A stretch of DNA of 64,000 bases, taken from contig JAJQFO010000123.1 in the NCBI GenBank assembly GCA_021201095.1, positions 3,871-67,870 of the forward strand. The letters are read 5' to 3'. The translations under genes were made by a program, and so were the position numbers. This document shows positions 40,793 to 50,251 of this stretch, piece after piece. The notes beneath the pieces were generated by a model. It was not told where the DNA came from. It worked only from the letters and a program-made list of their open reading frames with translations, and did not search any database. Each line of letters opens with the position of its first letter. The stretch's first letter is position 1. The DNA comes from Lachnospiraceae bacterium. Lineage in GTDB: Bacteria > Bacillota > Clostridia > Lachnospirales > Lachnospiraceae.

Positions 40793-42145
40793 ATGAAGGC
40801 TAGAAAACTAATGGCACTGACGCTTGCGGGCGCAATGACGGTATCGATGGCATCGGTGGGCATCACCGCTTCCGCAGAGGGATACGAGGGCGAGAGCCTC
40901 GTGGTCTGGACACTGGCAAATGATCTGATCGATTTTGGCGACAGGTTCGCGGAAACGTATGGCGTGGAGGTTGAGACGGTCGTGATTGAACCGGCAAACT
41001 ATCCGACCAAGATACAGACCGCGCTTCTCGCAGGTGAGTCCGAGCCGGACATCATCGTGGCAGAGCCGCAGATGCTGGACAGCTTCTATGAGGCAGGCTT
41101 CTTTGCAGATCTGGACGAGTTCGGTGCACAGGATTATGCGGATCAGATCGTTGACTACATCTGGCTGGCAGGCCAGGATTCTGACGGCGTACAGAGAGCC
41201 ATTTCCTATCAGATCACTCCGGCTGGCATTTATTATCGCCGTGACATCGCAGAGGAAGTATTTGGCACAGATGACCCGGATGAGATCGCAAAGCTGTTTG
41301 CAGACTATGATACCATTCTTGAGACTGCGCAGACTCTGAAGGACGCAGGATACCGCATCTTCGCTTCTGATGCTGAGATGAACTATTTCTCAGGCGATGA
41401 GGCGTGGGTTGTGGACGGCACCCTGAATGTTGCTCAGTCCAGATATGATTACATGGACCTTTGCATCGAGCTTTATCAGAATGATCTGACCGCATATGCA
41501 AACCAGTGGTCCACACCGTGGTATCAGGCAATGGCAGGCGAGGTTCCGATCCTGACCGCTGATATCCAGAGCTATTCAGATGACTCTGTAAACGTATGGG
41601 ATTCTGAATCCTTCGCAGAGGCGACAGCTGATTATGAGACTACAGAAGTATTCGCGTTTGGTCTTCCGAGCTGGGGCGTTCTGACCATGAGAGACAACGT
41701 AGGCGAGACCTCCGGACTCTGGGGCGTTTGCGCTGGCCCGAGCTATGGCTTCGGCGGCGGCACCTTCATCGGTATCTCTTCTCAGTCTAAGAAGCAGGAT
41801 CTGGCATGGGAATTCGTGAAGTTCTGTACTTTGGATGAAGAGACAGCTGAGTGGTGGATCGAGTACTCTGAAGGCGATGCAGTTTCCCTGATCTCTGTAT
41901 TGGAAGCACACGCAGATGATGAGAATGAAGTTTACGGCGGACAGAAGCTCTACGCAATGTGGCTGGAGCTGGCAGAGGGCATCGATTATTCACTCGTGAC
42001 AAAGTATGACACCCCGATCGGCGATGCATGGGGCAGCGCGATTTCCTCCATCAAGACGGGCGAAATGTCGAAGGAAGACGCGATCAGCAACTTCTATGAC
42101 ACCGTGGAATCCACCTATCCGGAGCTGACGGTTGTAAGAGAGTAG
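40793..42145 (+). CDS. Carbohydrate ABC transporter substrate-binding protein
   Basis: Signal peptide ending ASA; PDII, YYRRDIA, GGGTFIGI, AWEFVKF; followed by permeases. Confidence 0.88.
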   Translation: MKARKLMALTLAGAMTVSMASVGITASAEGYEGESLVVWTLANDLIDFGDRFAETYGVEVETVVIEPANYPTKIQTALLAGESEPDIIVAEPQMLDSFYEAGFFADLDEFGAQDYADQIVDYIWLAGQDSDGVQRAISYQITPAGIYYRRDIAEEVFGTDDPDEIAKLFADYDTILETAQTLKDAGYRIFASDAEMNYFSGDEAWVVDGTLNVAQSRYDYMDLCIELYQNDLTAYANQWSTPWYQAMAGEVPILTADIQSYSDDSVNVWDSESFAEATADYETTEVFAFGLPSWGVLTMRDNVGETSGLWGVCAGPSYGFGGGTFIGISSQSKKQDLAWEFVKFCTLDEETAEWWIEYSEGDAVSLISVLEAHADDENEVYGGQKLYAMWLELAEGIDYSLVTKYDTPIGDAWGSAISSIKTGEMSKEDAISNFYDTVESTYPELTVVRE

Positions 42146-42179
42146 TGAGAATCCTGATACATAAATGGGAAACGGCTGG

Positions 42180-42480
42180 AAGTCAAATACCCCGATGCAA
42201 GCATATGGGTATTTGACCCTCGCGGCAGTCGCCAAATATCCGTGCAAGCACGGCTACTTGGCTCGTTGCTTCGCGGGAATAAACAGTTGGCAGTGAGCCG
42301 CTGAATGTGTAACAGCTGAAAGTAAACAGTCAGATGAGTTTGCGGCGCCAGGCATCCAGAGCAAGGGTGCCTGGCGCATTCGTTAGATGCACAGGGCCGG
42401 ACAAGGTTTATCCCATGCGAAGCACGGGATGCCACCTGGCGCGGGAGTTTCGCACCTGATGGTGCACCCGGCACGCATAT
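42180..42480. repeat. Mosaic of REP-like hairpins between SBP and permease, including a family A unit (~42410-42440)
   Basis: gtcaaatacc…ggtatttgac, ccgtgcaagcacgg, gcgccaggca…tgcctggcgc, atcccatgcgaagcacgggatgcc. Confidence 0.7.
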
Positions 42481-42567
42481 TTTTGCTCTGCCATATGTGA
42501 CAAGTGAGAAAAACGATAAAATGGCGGGCTTTACATATGACCTGACCGTTTAGAGAGGGGGAAAGAT

Positions 42568-43494
42568 ATGAACTCGAAACCGAAGAAGAATGTTCTGGAA
42601 AGGTACAACCGGACTGGCTATTTGTTCTGTGCTCCGTTTGTAATCGTATTTCTGATTTTCAGTGTTTATCCGGTACTGCGGACACTGTATATCAGCTTTA
42701 CCAGCGCGACGCTGACTGCAAGAAATGCTACTTTTGTCGGCCTTTCCAATTACAAACGGGTGATTAACGATAAGTTTTTCTGGAGAGCGCTCGGAAATAC
42801 CGTACGGATCTGGGGCGTAAACATTGTGCTGCAGCTGGGACTTGCGTTCCTGCTGACGATTGTATTCAGTGATGTGAAATATAAGATGCGCGGCCTTGGC
42901 ATTTTCCGCGCCCTGTATTATCTGCCGAACATTATCGCCGCGACTTCCATCGCGTTTCTGTTCCAGACACTTCTGGACTGGCGGTACGGCACCTTCAACC
43001 AGATCATCAACATGGTATACAAACTGTTTGGACAGAGCTACAATCCAATCGACTGGCTGGGCTCCTCCGCAACGGCGGGCTATGTGATCGCGGTGATCAG
43101 CGCCTGGATGTGGTTCGGCAATTCCTTTATCATGCTGATGGCCGGCGTGCAGGGTATCTCAAAAGAATACTTTGAGTCCGCAGCGATCGACGGCGCGAAC
43201 CGCTGGAAGATTTTTGGCAAAATTACACTCCCGCTTCTGCGTCCGATTATGCTTTACGTGACGATCACCTCTCTGATCGGCGGTCTGCAGATGTTCGATC
43301 TGCCGTATCTGATGTCTTCGAAGAGCAGTGCATCCTACCAGTCAGTGCAGACGGTGGTTATGTACCTTTACAAATTCGGCTTTGAGACCGGGACAACCCA
43401 GATCGGCTATGCTTCAGCAATCGCTTATGTGCTGTTCCTGATCATTCTGGTGTTCTCTGTCATTCAGCTGAAATTCTTGAATAAGGAGGATTGA
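42568..43494 (+). CDS. Sugar ABC transporter permease
   Basis: YFESAAIDGA EAA loop; multiple TM segments. Confidence 0.9.
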   Translation: MNSKPKKNVLERYNRTGYLFCAPFVIVFLIFSVYPVLRTLYISFTSATLTARNATFVGLSNYKRVINDKFFWRALGNTVRIWGVNIVLQLGLAFLLTIVFSDVKYKMRGLGIFRALYYLPNIIAATSIAFLFQTLLDWRYGTFNQIINMVYKLFGQSYNPIDWLGSSATAGYVIAVISAWMWFGNSFIMLMAGVQGISKEYFESAAIDGANRWKIFGKITLPLLRPIMLYVTITSLIGGLQMFDLPYLMSSKSSASYQSVQTVVMYLYKFGFETGTTQIGYASAIAYVLFLIILVFSVIQLKFLNKED

Positions 43495-43498
43495 TGAT

Positions 43499-44332
43499 AT
43501 GTCAACATGGGATAAAGTAAAAAAAGGCATCCTCTACTTCCTCCTGGTTCTTCTGGCGGTCACCTGTCTGGTTCCGTTTCTTCTGATGATGGTCAATGCA
43601 ACCAGAAGCGGCAGCGAAATCGTGAGCTCATTCACGCTGATTCCGAGCACGCACCTGAAAGAAAACTGGGAGACCGTATTTTCTTTTTTTAACCTTTTTA
43701 AAGGCATGTTTAACAGTGTCTGTGTGGCAGTCCCCGCAACGTTGCTGTGCGCGTATTTTTCCTCACTGACAGCTTATGCGCTGGCGATGTATAAATTTAA
43801 GGGCAGCAAGGTGCTGTTTTATACGATCCTTATCTTCATGATGATCCCGGGACAGTTAAGTCTGATCGGTTTCTATAATTTGTGTACCTCCCTGCACCTG
43901 GTCAACTCCTATATCCCGCTGATCATCCCGGCGATCGCATCACCCGGAACGGTCTTTTTCCTGCGGCAGTATGTCTTGTCTGTCCTTCCGCCGGAGCTGA
44001 TCGAGGCGGCGAGAATTGACGGCGCGAGTGAAGTTTATTCGTTCCACAGGATCGTGATCCCGATCATGTCCCCGGGCATTGCGACCATGTCCATCGGCGC
44101 ATTCATCGGAAACTGGAACAGCTATCTGCTGCCGATGATCATCCTGAATAAGAATGAGAAGTTTACACTGCCGGTCATGATGGCGACATTGAAGGCCTCC
44201 ACCGATATCAACGCAAACCAGGGTGCAATCTACCTGGCAGTTGCGATTTCGGTGATCCCGATTATTATAGTATTCTGCTTCTGCTCGAAGTACATCATCG
44301 GAAGTATCTCCGCTGGAAGTGTGAAGGGCTAA
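43499..44332 (+). CDS. Sugar ABC transporter permease
   Basis: LIEAARIDGA; C-terminal GSVKG. Confidence 0.9.
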   Translation: MSTWDKVKKGILYFLLVLLAVTCLVPFLLMMVNATRSGSEIVSSFTLIPSTHLKENWETVFSFFNLFKGMFNSVCVAVPATLLCAYFSSLTAYALAMYKFKGSKVLFYTILIFMMIPGQLSLIGFYNLCTSLHLVNSYIPLIIPAIASPGTVFFLRQYVLSVLPPELIEAARIDGASEVYSFHRIVIPIMSPGIATMSIGAFIGNWNSYLLPMIILNKNEKFTLPVMMATLKASTDINANQGAIYLAVAISVIPIIIVFCFCSKYIIGSISAGSVKG

Positions 44333-44362
44333 AAGCTTATTTCCTTTCGCAACCGTGTGCGG

Positions 44363-44530
44363 ATCGGATAGGGGAACGATTTTTCCCTATCCGCCTGCGC
44401 GATATGCCATAAGGGGGCTGCGTGCCAGTGGCATCTACACTTCGTTTCGGTCGATCCTAAACGTGTGCCACTGGCACGCAGGACCGTTTAGCTCTCGCCG
44501 GGTGGCATCCCACGCTTCACATGGATGGGG
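44363..44530. repeat. Mosaic of REP-like hairpins (family D + ctgcgtgccagtggca…tgccactggcacgcag + inverted family A unit)
   Basis: Read directly; lies at a convergent gene junction. Confidence 0.7.
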
Positions 44531-44555
44531 CAGAAGGGCATTCCCCTGTCCAATT

Positions 44556-45878
44556 TTAATGAGAGAGTGCAGCGTTCATCGTCTCCATCGTGTGCTTCAC
44601 TTGCCTGGAAAGCTCCTGATCACCGCTTTCTTCTGACAAATTCCTCAGAACGTCCAGCCATTCGGCGCAGGTAAAATGGATTGAGTGCCTTTTATCATAT
44701 TCCTGCAGAGTCTGGATTCCCTCTTTTTCTACCTTTTCCAGGAATTTTTCAAATGCTGTGTTCAGATATAGCAGCGTTCTTTTGTTTTGTGTAAATTTCG
44801 GTTCCGGATCCCATATAGGACGCCCCGAACGGTGATGGAGGGCGAGATAGACGATCTGGTCAATCTCGATTGCTTCGGAGTCATAGTAGTCTGCAAGATA
44901 GAGACGCCCTTCCTGCCGGTTTTTATCCGTTTCGGGATATTCTTTCAGCCACTTTTTCCGATCTGACGCACTTTCAATCAGATCCAGGCCGGATGGAGCC
45001 TTGTTTAAACAGCAGAACTTGTATTTTTTTCCGCTGCCGCACGGACAGGGATCGTTTCTTCCGATTTTTACTTTTGGCTCTGGCTTGCTGAGGTTTCTGG
45101 CAGCTTTCTCCAGAAGCTTTTCCCAGTCCTGGTCAGTTTTCCTTTCCCGTGGCGGCTGTTCGTACATTGCCCAGTTTTTCAAAGTATCCGCAGACATGGG
45201 GGAAGTACATAGCTTTTGCCGATAGGGTTTGTTATAATCGAACATCGCATCAACATGATCGCAGTACTCACCATGGACGGTGACATCAATACGGTTATCT
45301 TTAAACAATTGCCGGATATCGGGCAGCATATCCAGCATGTGGCAGTCACAGATTTCAAGGGCAATCTCTGAATAAATATAATCGCCGATCTCTTCTTCGC
45401 TGTAAATGATCTGGCGTAGAAAATTCTGCCAGTCTTCCTTTGGGAGAGAGCCGTCCAGATACAGCTGACCCATCACGCTGAGAAAAGCGGCTCTCGCGAA
45501 ATCATCTGCCTCCGTATTCCAGACGGCCTGTTCCAGTAATTGCAGATTGCCGTCATAGGTATTATATAAAATGTTGTTCAGCCCTTCTGTAATGGCGCCT
45601 CCGATCAGTTGGTCCAGGGTTTCTTCAGGAAGAACTGCCAGCTGCATGATAAGGGGGAAGGATCCTCTGTCCTGAAATTCTCCAAGCAGAAAAAGCGCAT
45701 AAAAATGAAGTTCATAGGCATCAGCCAGATCATCCTGCTCGCAAAGCGCCTTTTGCAGGGCGGCCCGAAGATAAGGGATTGCAGCATCCTTGTTTGCACG
45801 TATCACATCCATGGCTTCTTTAGGGTAGGCGTTGGTCAGCCATGTGATTGTTTCCAGAGCTTCTTGTAGTGTGTTCAT
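44556..45878 (-). CDS. DUF1186-like protein with SEC-C zinc-binding motif
   Basis: HFYALFLLGEF N-terminal domain; KIGRNDPCPCGSGKKYKFCC. Confidence 0.75.
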   Translation of the reverse strand: MNTLQEALETITWLTNAYPKEAMDVIRANKDAAIPYLRAALQKALCEQDDLADAYELHFYALFLLGEFQDRGSFPLIMQLAVLPEETLDQLIGGAITEGLNNILYNTYDGNLQLLEQAVWNTEADDFARAAFLSVMGQLYLDGSLPKEDWQNFLRQIIYSEEEIGDYIYSEIALEICDCHMLDMLPDIRQLFKDNRIDVTVHGEYCDHVDAMFDYNKPYRQKLCTSPMSADTLKNWAMYEQPPRERKTDQDWEKLLEKAARNLSKPEPKVKIGRNDPCPCGSGKKYKFCCLNKAPSGLDLIESASDRKKWLKEYPETDKNRQEGRLYLADYYDSEAIEIDQIVYLALHHRSGRPIWDPEPKFTQNKRTLLYLNTAFEKFLEKVEKEGIQTLQEYDKRHSIHFTCAEWLDVLRNLSEESGDQELSRQVKHTMETMNAALSH

Positions 45879-46151
45879 AATTCCTCCTTAATTTGACTAG
45901 GTGATATTCCCCGCACGTTATATATTTCATGTGTACCTCGCAGCTGGTACAAGGTACTGCCCTGAAAAGTTGGTATTCGACCGTGTGAGTATTTTTTTCA
46001 GTAAATAACTGACAGTATCATAGCATGAAAGTGCAAGAGTCACAATAGAGAAAATTGCGAGAAATGTGTTATTCGTTGACAATCCTGCTATTGCACTTTA
46101 AAATGATGATAATAATGTTTATATCGAATAGTGGGACAGGGAGGACAATCC

Positions 46152-47927
46152 ATGTGGAATCGTGTTTTAATAAGAAATATGAAGGAACGAAAAAATAGCA
46201 GTTATCGGTGGAAGTCAGCTCTGTTGCTTAAAGCTGTGCTTTGTGCTGCTTCTTGTATGGGAGGGATGCTGTTTTCTGTGATTGAAGGAGAAACACTGAA
46301 AGCGGCAGAGGCTGACGAGCTGGAAGCAAATGCAGCAAGGACAGATGCTGTGGAAACAGACATATTGGAAGCAGACTCAGAGGATGTGGTTGCTGCCGGA
46401 GAAGAAATTTCCCCCAGCTGGAGCGTGTACGCCGATGAGCCGGTCACCCTTGACTGGTACATCAATTATTCCTGGTTTACGACCGGCTGGGGCGAAAATG
46501 CGGTGTCGCAGAAAATTACGGAGGAGACCGGCGTGACCGTGAATTTCATTACACCGGCGGGGACAGAGTCGGAAAAGCTGGCCGCGATGATTTCCGCGAA
46601 TTCGCTGCCGGATATCATTACTCTTGGCTGGTGGGAAACCCAGCTGGACGAGATGATCGCAAAGGATCTGGTCTATGCGCTCAACGAGCTGGCCGGGGAG
46701 TACGAGCCTTATTTTTTCACAGCAGCGGACGATGAGGTGGTCGCCTGGTACCAGAGCGAGGATGGGAATCTTTACTGCTATCCCAATTCTACATACACGC
46801 CGGCGGATTATGAGGAGTCTGATTCGATCGGCTCCAATCAGACATTTCTGGTGAGAAAGGATATTTATGAGGCGATCGGCAGTCCTGACATGTCCACTCC
46901 GGAAGGCTTTATGGAGGCGGTGCGGATGGCGGCAGAGCTGTTTCCGGAGGTGGACGGGGAACCGCTGATTCCGATCGGAGCGGATGTTTTCACTTCGGAA
47001 GGGTGCAATTCCTTTGACCTGTATTTGCAGAATTTTCTGGCGATTCCTTATGAGGATGAAAATGGCGTCTATTATGACCGGTATACGGATGAGGAATACA
47101 TCACCTGGCTTAAAGTTTTCCGCCAGCTGAATGAGGAAGGCTATCTTTCTACGGATATCTTTATTGACCAGCGGACCCAGATGGAAGAGAAAATCGCGCA
47201 GGGGAGATATTTTTGCATGCTCTACCAGCGTACCGACATGGAGGACCAGGAGAAATACCTGTATGCCAATGATCCGGACAGCATTTATATTGCGGTGGAC
47301 GGCCCGGCAAACAGCGCGGGGGATGACCCGGTGCTGCCCGGCGCGGGCCTGAATGGCTGGACGGTGACACTGATTTCAAAAAACTGCCAGAGTCCGGAGC
47401 GGGCGATTGAACTGCTCACGTATCTGATGAGTGAAGAAGGCCAGCTTACGACTTACCTTGGCGTGGAAGGAGTCACCTACGATGTGGTGGACGGCGATTA
47501 TGTGGTAAAGGAGGAGGTACAGGAGCTTCTGAACACTGACCGGACAGCCTATGACCAGCTGTATGGGGCGGACAATGCCTACTGGATGCTGCAGGATAAC
47601 GTGCTTCAGCTGCAGTGGAGACAGTCCACGGACGCCTCGGAGGATCCCTGCCTGGCGATGGAGGAGTGGACATACCCCTATACGCAATACCTGGGGCAGT
47701 ATGAGATCAGCTTTTCTCTGGATACGGATGTGGGATACAGCTGGAATGCCATCCAGCAGCTTTGGGGAGATACACTTCCGGAACTCCTGCTTGCAGAGTC
47801 AGAGGAAAAATTTGACGAGATTCTGGCCGTATTTGTAGAAGAACGGGACGCGCTCGGCTACGATGAGGTGGCCCTTGCCTGTACGGAAAAGTACCAGGCT
47901 GCAAAAGAGAGGCTGGGAATCGAGTAG
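46152..47927 (+). CDS. Extracellular solute-binding protein (LplA-like), probable sensor partner of the two-component system
   Basis: EETGV, LPDII, LVRKDIYE, ISKNC..PERAI; directly upstream of the histidine kinase; RBS GGGAGG. Confidence 0.8.
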   Translation: MWNRVLIRNMKERKNSSYRWKSALLLKAVLCAASCMGGMLFSVIEGETLKAAEADELEANAARTDAVETDILEADSEDVVAAGEEISPSWSVYADEPVTLDWYINYSWFTTGWGENAVSQKITEETGVTVNFITPAGTESEKLAAMISANSLPDIITLGWWETQLDEMIAKDLVYALNELAGEYEPYFFTAADDEVVAWYQSEDGNLYCYPNSTYTPADYEESDSIGSNQTFLVRKDIYEAIGSPDMSTPEGFMEAVRMAAELFPEVDGEPLIPIGADVFTSEGCNSFDLYLQNFLAIPYEDENGVYYDRYTDEEYITWLKVFRQLNEEGYLSTDIFIDQRTQMEEKIAQGRYFCMLYQRTDMEDQEKYLYANDPDSIYIAVDGPANSAGDDPVLPGAGLNGWTVTLISKNCQSPERAIELLTYLMSEEGQLTTYLGVEGVTYDVVDGDYVVKEEVQELLNTDRTAYDQLYGADNAYWMLQDNVLQLQWRQSTDASEDPCLAMEEWTYPYTQYLGQYEISFSLDTDVGYSWNAIQQLWGDTLPELLLAESEEKFDEILAVFVEERDALGYDEVALACTEKYQAAKERLGIE

Positions 47928-48090
47928 GAACGGCCGGTGCAGATAAATCCGGCTGGACGGTCGGCACAGATAGATCCAACCGGACAGTCAGGATATCAAG
48001 CGGAAAAGGAAAACACGTAATGGAAGGACATCAGCCAGCGCGAAACCATCATCGAAATACCGTACAAAAACAAGTAGAAGAGGATCCGGG

Positions 48091-50157
48091 ATGAAGCTGC
48101 ATAAGAAATGGCAGGCCCTTGGCCTGAAAGCAAAATTTACAATTGTGATTGTCTGTCTGGTCTGGGTGCCTGTGATTGCTTTTGCGGCGCTTTATTTCAG
48201 TAACAGGACAGAAAATCTGCTGAAGGAAGCCTCTCGGACTCTGGAACTGGAGCTGCAGGATACCAGCACACAGCTCTCAGCCTATGTGGATTCTATTAAT
48301 ATGTCGACTCAGCTTTTCCTGAGTGATACCTCGCTGATCGATTTTCTGGAGCGGGTCAGCGCGGATGAAGAGATGACGACAGAGGAAATCCGTACTTTTT
48401 ATAAGGAAACGATTGCCTCGCTGGAGCGCCTGATTTATAATAATCCGTATCTTTATCAGATCCGGGTTTACGCAGACAGCGATACGATGCAGGAAATGAT
48501 GCCGGTGCTGTACCGGATGAGCCGGATGGAAAAGTTGTCCTGGGCAGAAGAAGAGGACGAATGGGACGGCTGGCATTTTGACTATGAGGATACATTATTT
48601 GATACCAGCGTGAATGGCAGCGGAGAAAAAATCGCTTCCTGTGTTACCAGAATCGAGTCCTACGGATACGGAGAGATCGGCGTTCTGGAGGTGGCGATCA
48701 GCATGGAAACACTGTTTTCCGGCCTTTATGAGCAGAGGAATGATCAGTGGCACTGTTTTGTGGAGGAGAACGGCACGTTCTATTTTGGTGAGGATGAAAG
48801 TGACGTTCACATGGAGCAGGCGGAGCACATTTTTGAGGAACTTTCACCTGAGGACACCGGTGCGGTGCAGGTAAGCACAGTCCGTCTTGATGGAGCTCAG
48901 GTGCTGGTCGGCAGTTTTTATTCGAAAGGACTGGCAGGAACCTGGTATTCGATCTACGATCTAAGCACAGTGACCGCCGAGATGAATCAGATGCGGAATC
49001 TGGTATTTACCGCGATTGCCGTGCTGCTTCTTTTGCTTACCTGGGTCATCAACCGCCTGGTGAACCGCCTTCTGAAGGGGTTTTATATGGTGCTTGGCAC
49101 GGTACGCGAAGTGCAGAAGGGAAATCTGGACGCACGTGTGCCCGCGGAGGCTTTTGAACGGAAAAGGAAGCGTTCCACGCAGTCGGGAGATTCCGCAGGG
49201 GAAAAGGACGCTATCGTGCATACGGCATCTGTGAAGGAGGAAGAGCCGACAAGCGGAAATACAGCGGTTTTGCTGTCAGACGAGACCGGAGAGCTTGCTC
49301 TGCAGGTCAATAAAATGCTCGATCACATCAATGAACTGATGGAGGAAAACATTCGCCGCGAGGTTCTGGCAAAAAACGCGGAAATCCGCTCCCTGCAGAA
49401 CCAGATCAACGCGCATTTTATTTACAATGTGCTGGAGTCCATTAAAATGATGGCGGAGATAGAGGAACGGTATGAAATCTCCGACGCGGTCACCAGACTG
49501 GGCCGTCTGCTGCGCTACAATATGTACTGGACATCGGGTACCGTGACCGTGCGGGAGGAGATCGAGTATATCCGCAACTATATTGCGCTGATGAATCTTC
49601 GGTTTGATTATGAAATCTATCTTTCTGAGAATCTTCCTGAGATCGTGCTGCAGCAGAAAATTCCAAAAATGACGCTGCAGCCGATTGTTGAAAATTCGAT
49701 CTGCCATGGGATCGAGCAGATGGCGGAGGATACTAACATTTATGTGAAAGGCTTTATTCAGGAGGGAGACTGCATCCTGGAGCTGACAGATGCCGGAAAT
49801 GGCATGAGTGAAGAGCGTCTCGCCTGGGTGCAGAAAAAAATCGCCGGGATTGTGGAGATAGCTGACGCGTGTACGGAAAAGAAGGAAACGAAAAATCCAG
49901 ATGCCGGTATTTCTCAGAAAAGACAATCAGAAGACCACGGCTTCCGTGGTTCACGTAAGGGAGAAGCAGAAGGCAATGACTCCGGATCTGCCTCCGACAG
50001 AACGGTTGGCTCGAAAACATCTGATTCGGGCATCGGACTGAAAAATGTGCAGGACCGGATCCGGCTGACCTTTGGCTATGCTTATGGGATTGAGATTGCA
50101 TCCCGGAAAGGCTGCTATACCAAGGTACGGATACGGATTCCGGTCGAAAAAGAATAA
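48091..50157 (+). CDS. YesM-like sensor histidine kinase (HAMP, His_kinase, HATPase)
   Basis: LQNQINAHFIYNVLESI, LQPIVENSICHG, D.GNGM, GIGLKNV. Confidence 0.9.
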   Translation: MKLHKKWQALGLKAKFTIVIVCLVWVPVIAFAALYFSNRTENLLKEASRTLELELQDTSTQLSAYVDSINMSTQLFLSDTSLIDFLERVSADEEMTTEEIRTFYKETIASLERLIYNNPYLYQIRVYADSDTMQEMMPVLYRMSRMEKLSWAEEEDEWDGWHFDYEDTLFDTSVNGSGEKIASCVTRIESYGYGEIGVLEVAISMETLFSGLYEQRNDQWHCFVEENGTFYFGEDESDVHMEQAEHIFEELSPEDTGAVQVSTVRLDGAQVLVGSFYSKGLAGTWYSIYDLSTVTAEMNQMRNLVFTAIAVLLLLLTWVINRLVNRLLKGFYMVLGTVREVQKGNLDARVPAEAFERKRKRSTQSGDSAGEKDAIVHTASVKEEEPTSGNTAVLLSDETGELALQVNKMLDHINELMEENIRREVLAKNAEIRSLQNQINAHFIYNVLESIKMMAEIEERYEISDAVTRLGRLLRYNMYWTSGTVTVREEIEYIRNYIALMNLRFDYEIYLSENLPEIVLQQKIPKMTLQPIVENSICHGIEQMAEDTNIYVKGFIQEGDCILELTDAGNGMSEERLAWVQKKIAGIVEIADACTEKKETKNPDAGISQKRQSEDHGFRGSRKGEAEGNDSGSASDRTVGSKTSDSGIGLKNVQDRIRLTFGYAYGIEIASRKGCYTKVRIRIPVEKE

Positions 50158-50251
50158 CGTGATCTGATGGTTTTAGAAGACAGCACACTGACGGCAGTCT
50201 GTGCTTCACTTCGGCAGCCACTGAGTTTGGAGAAAGAAGGGGAGGAAATTT

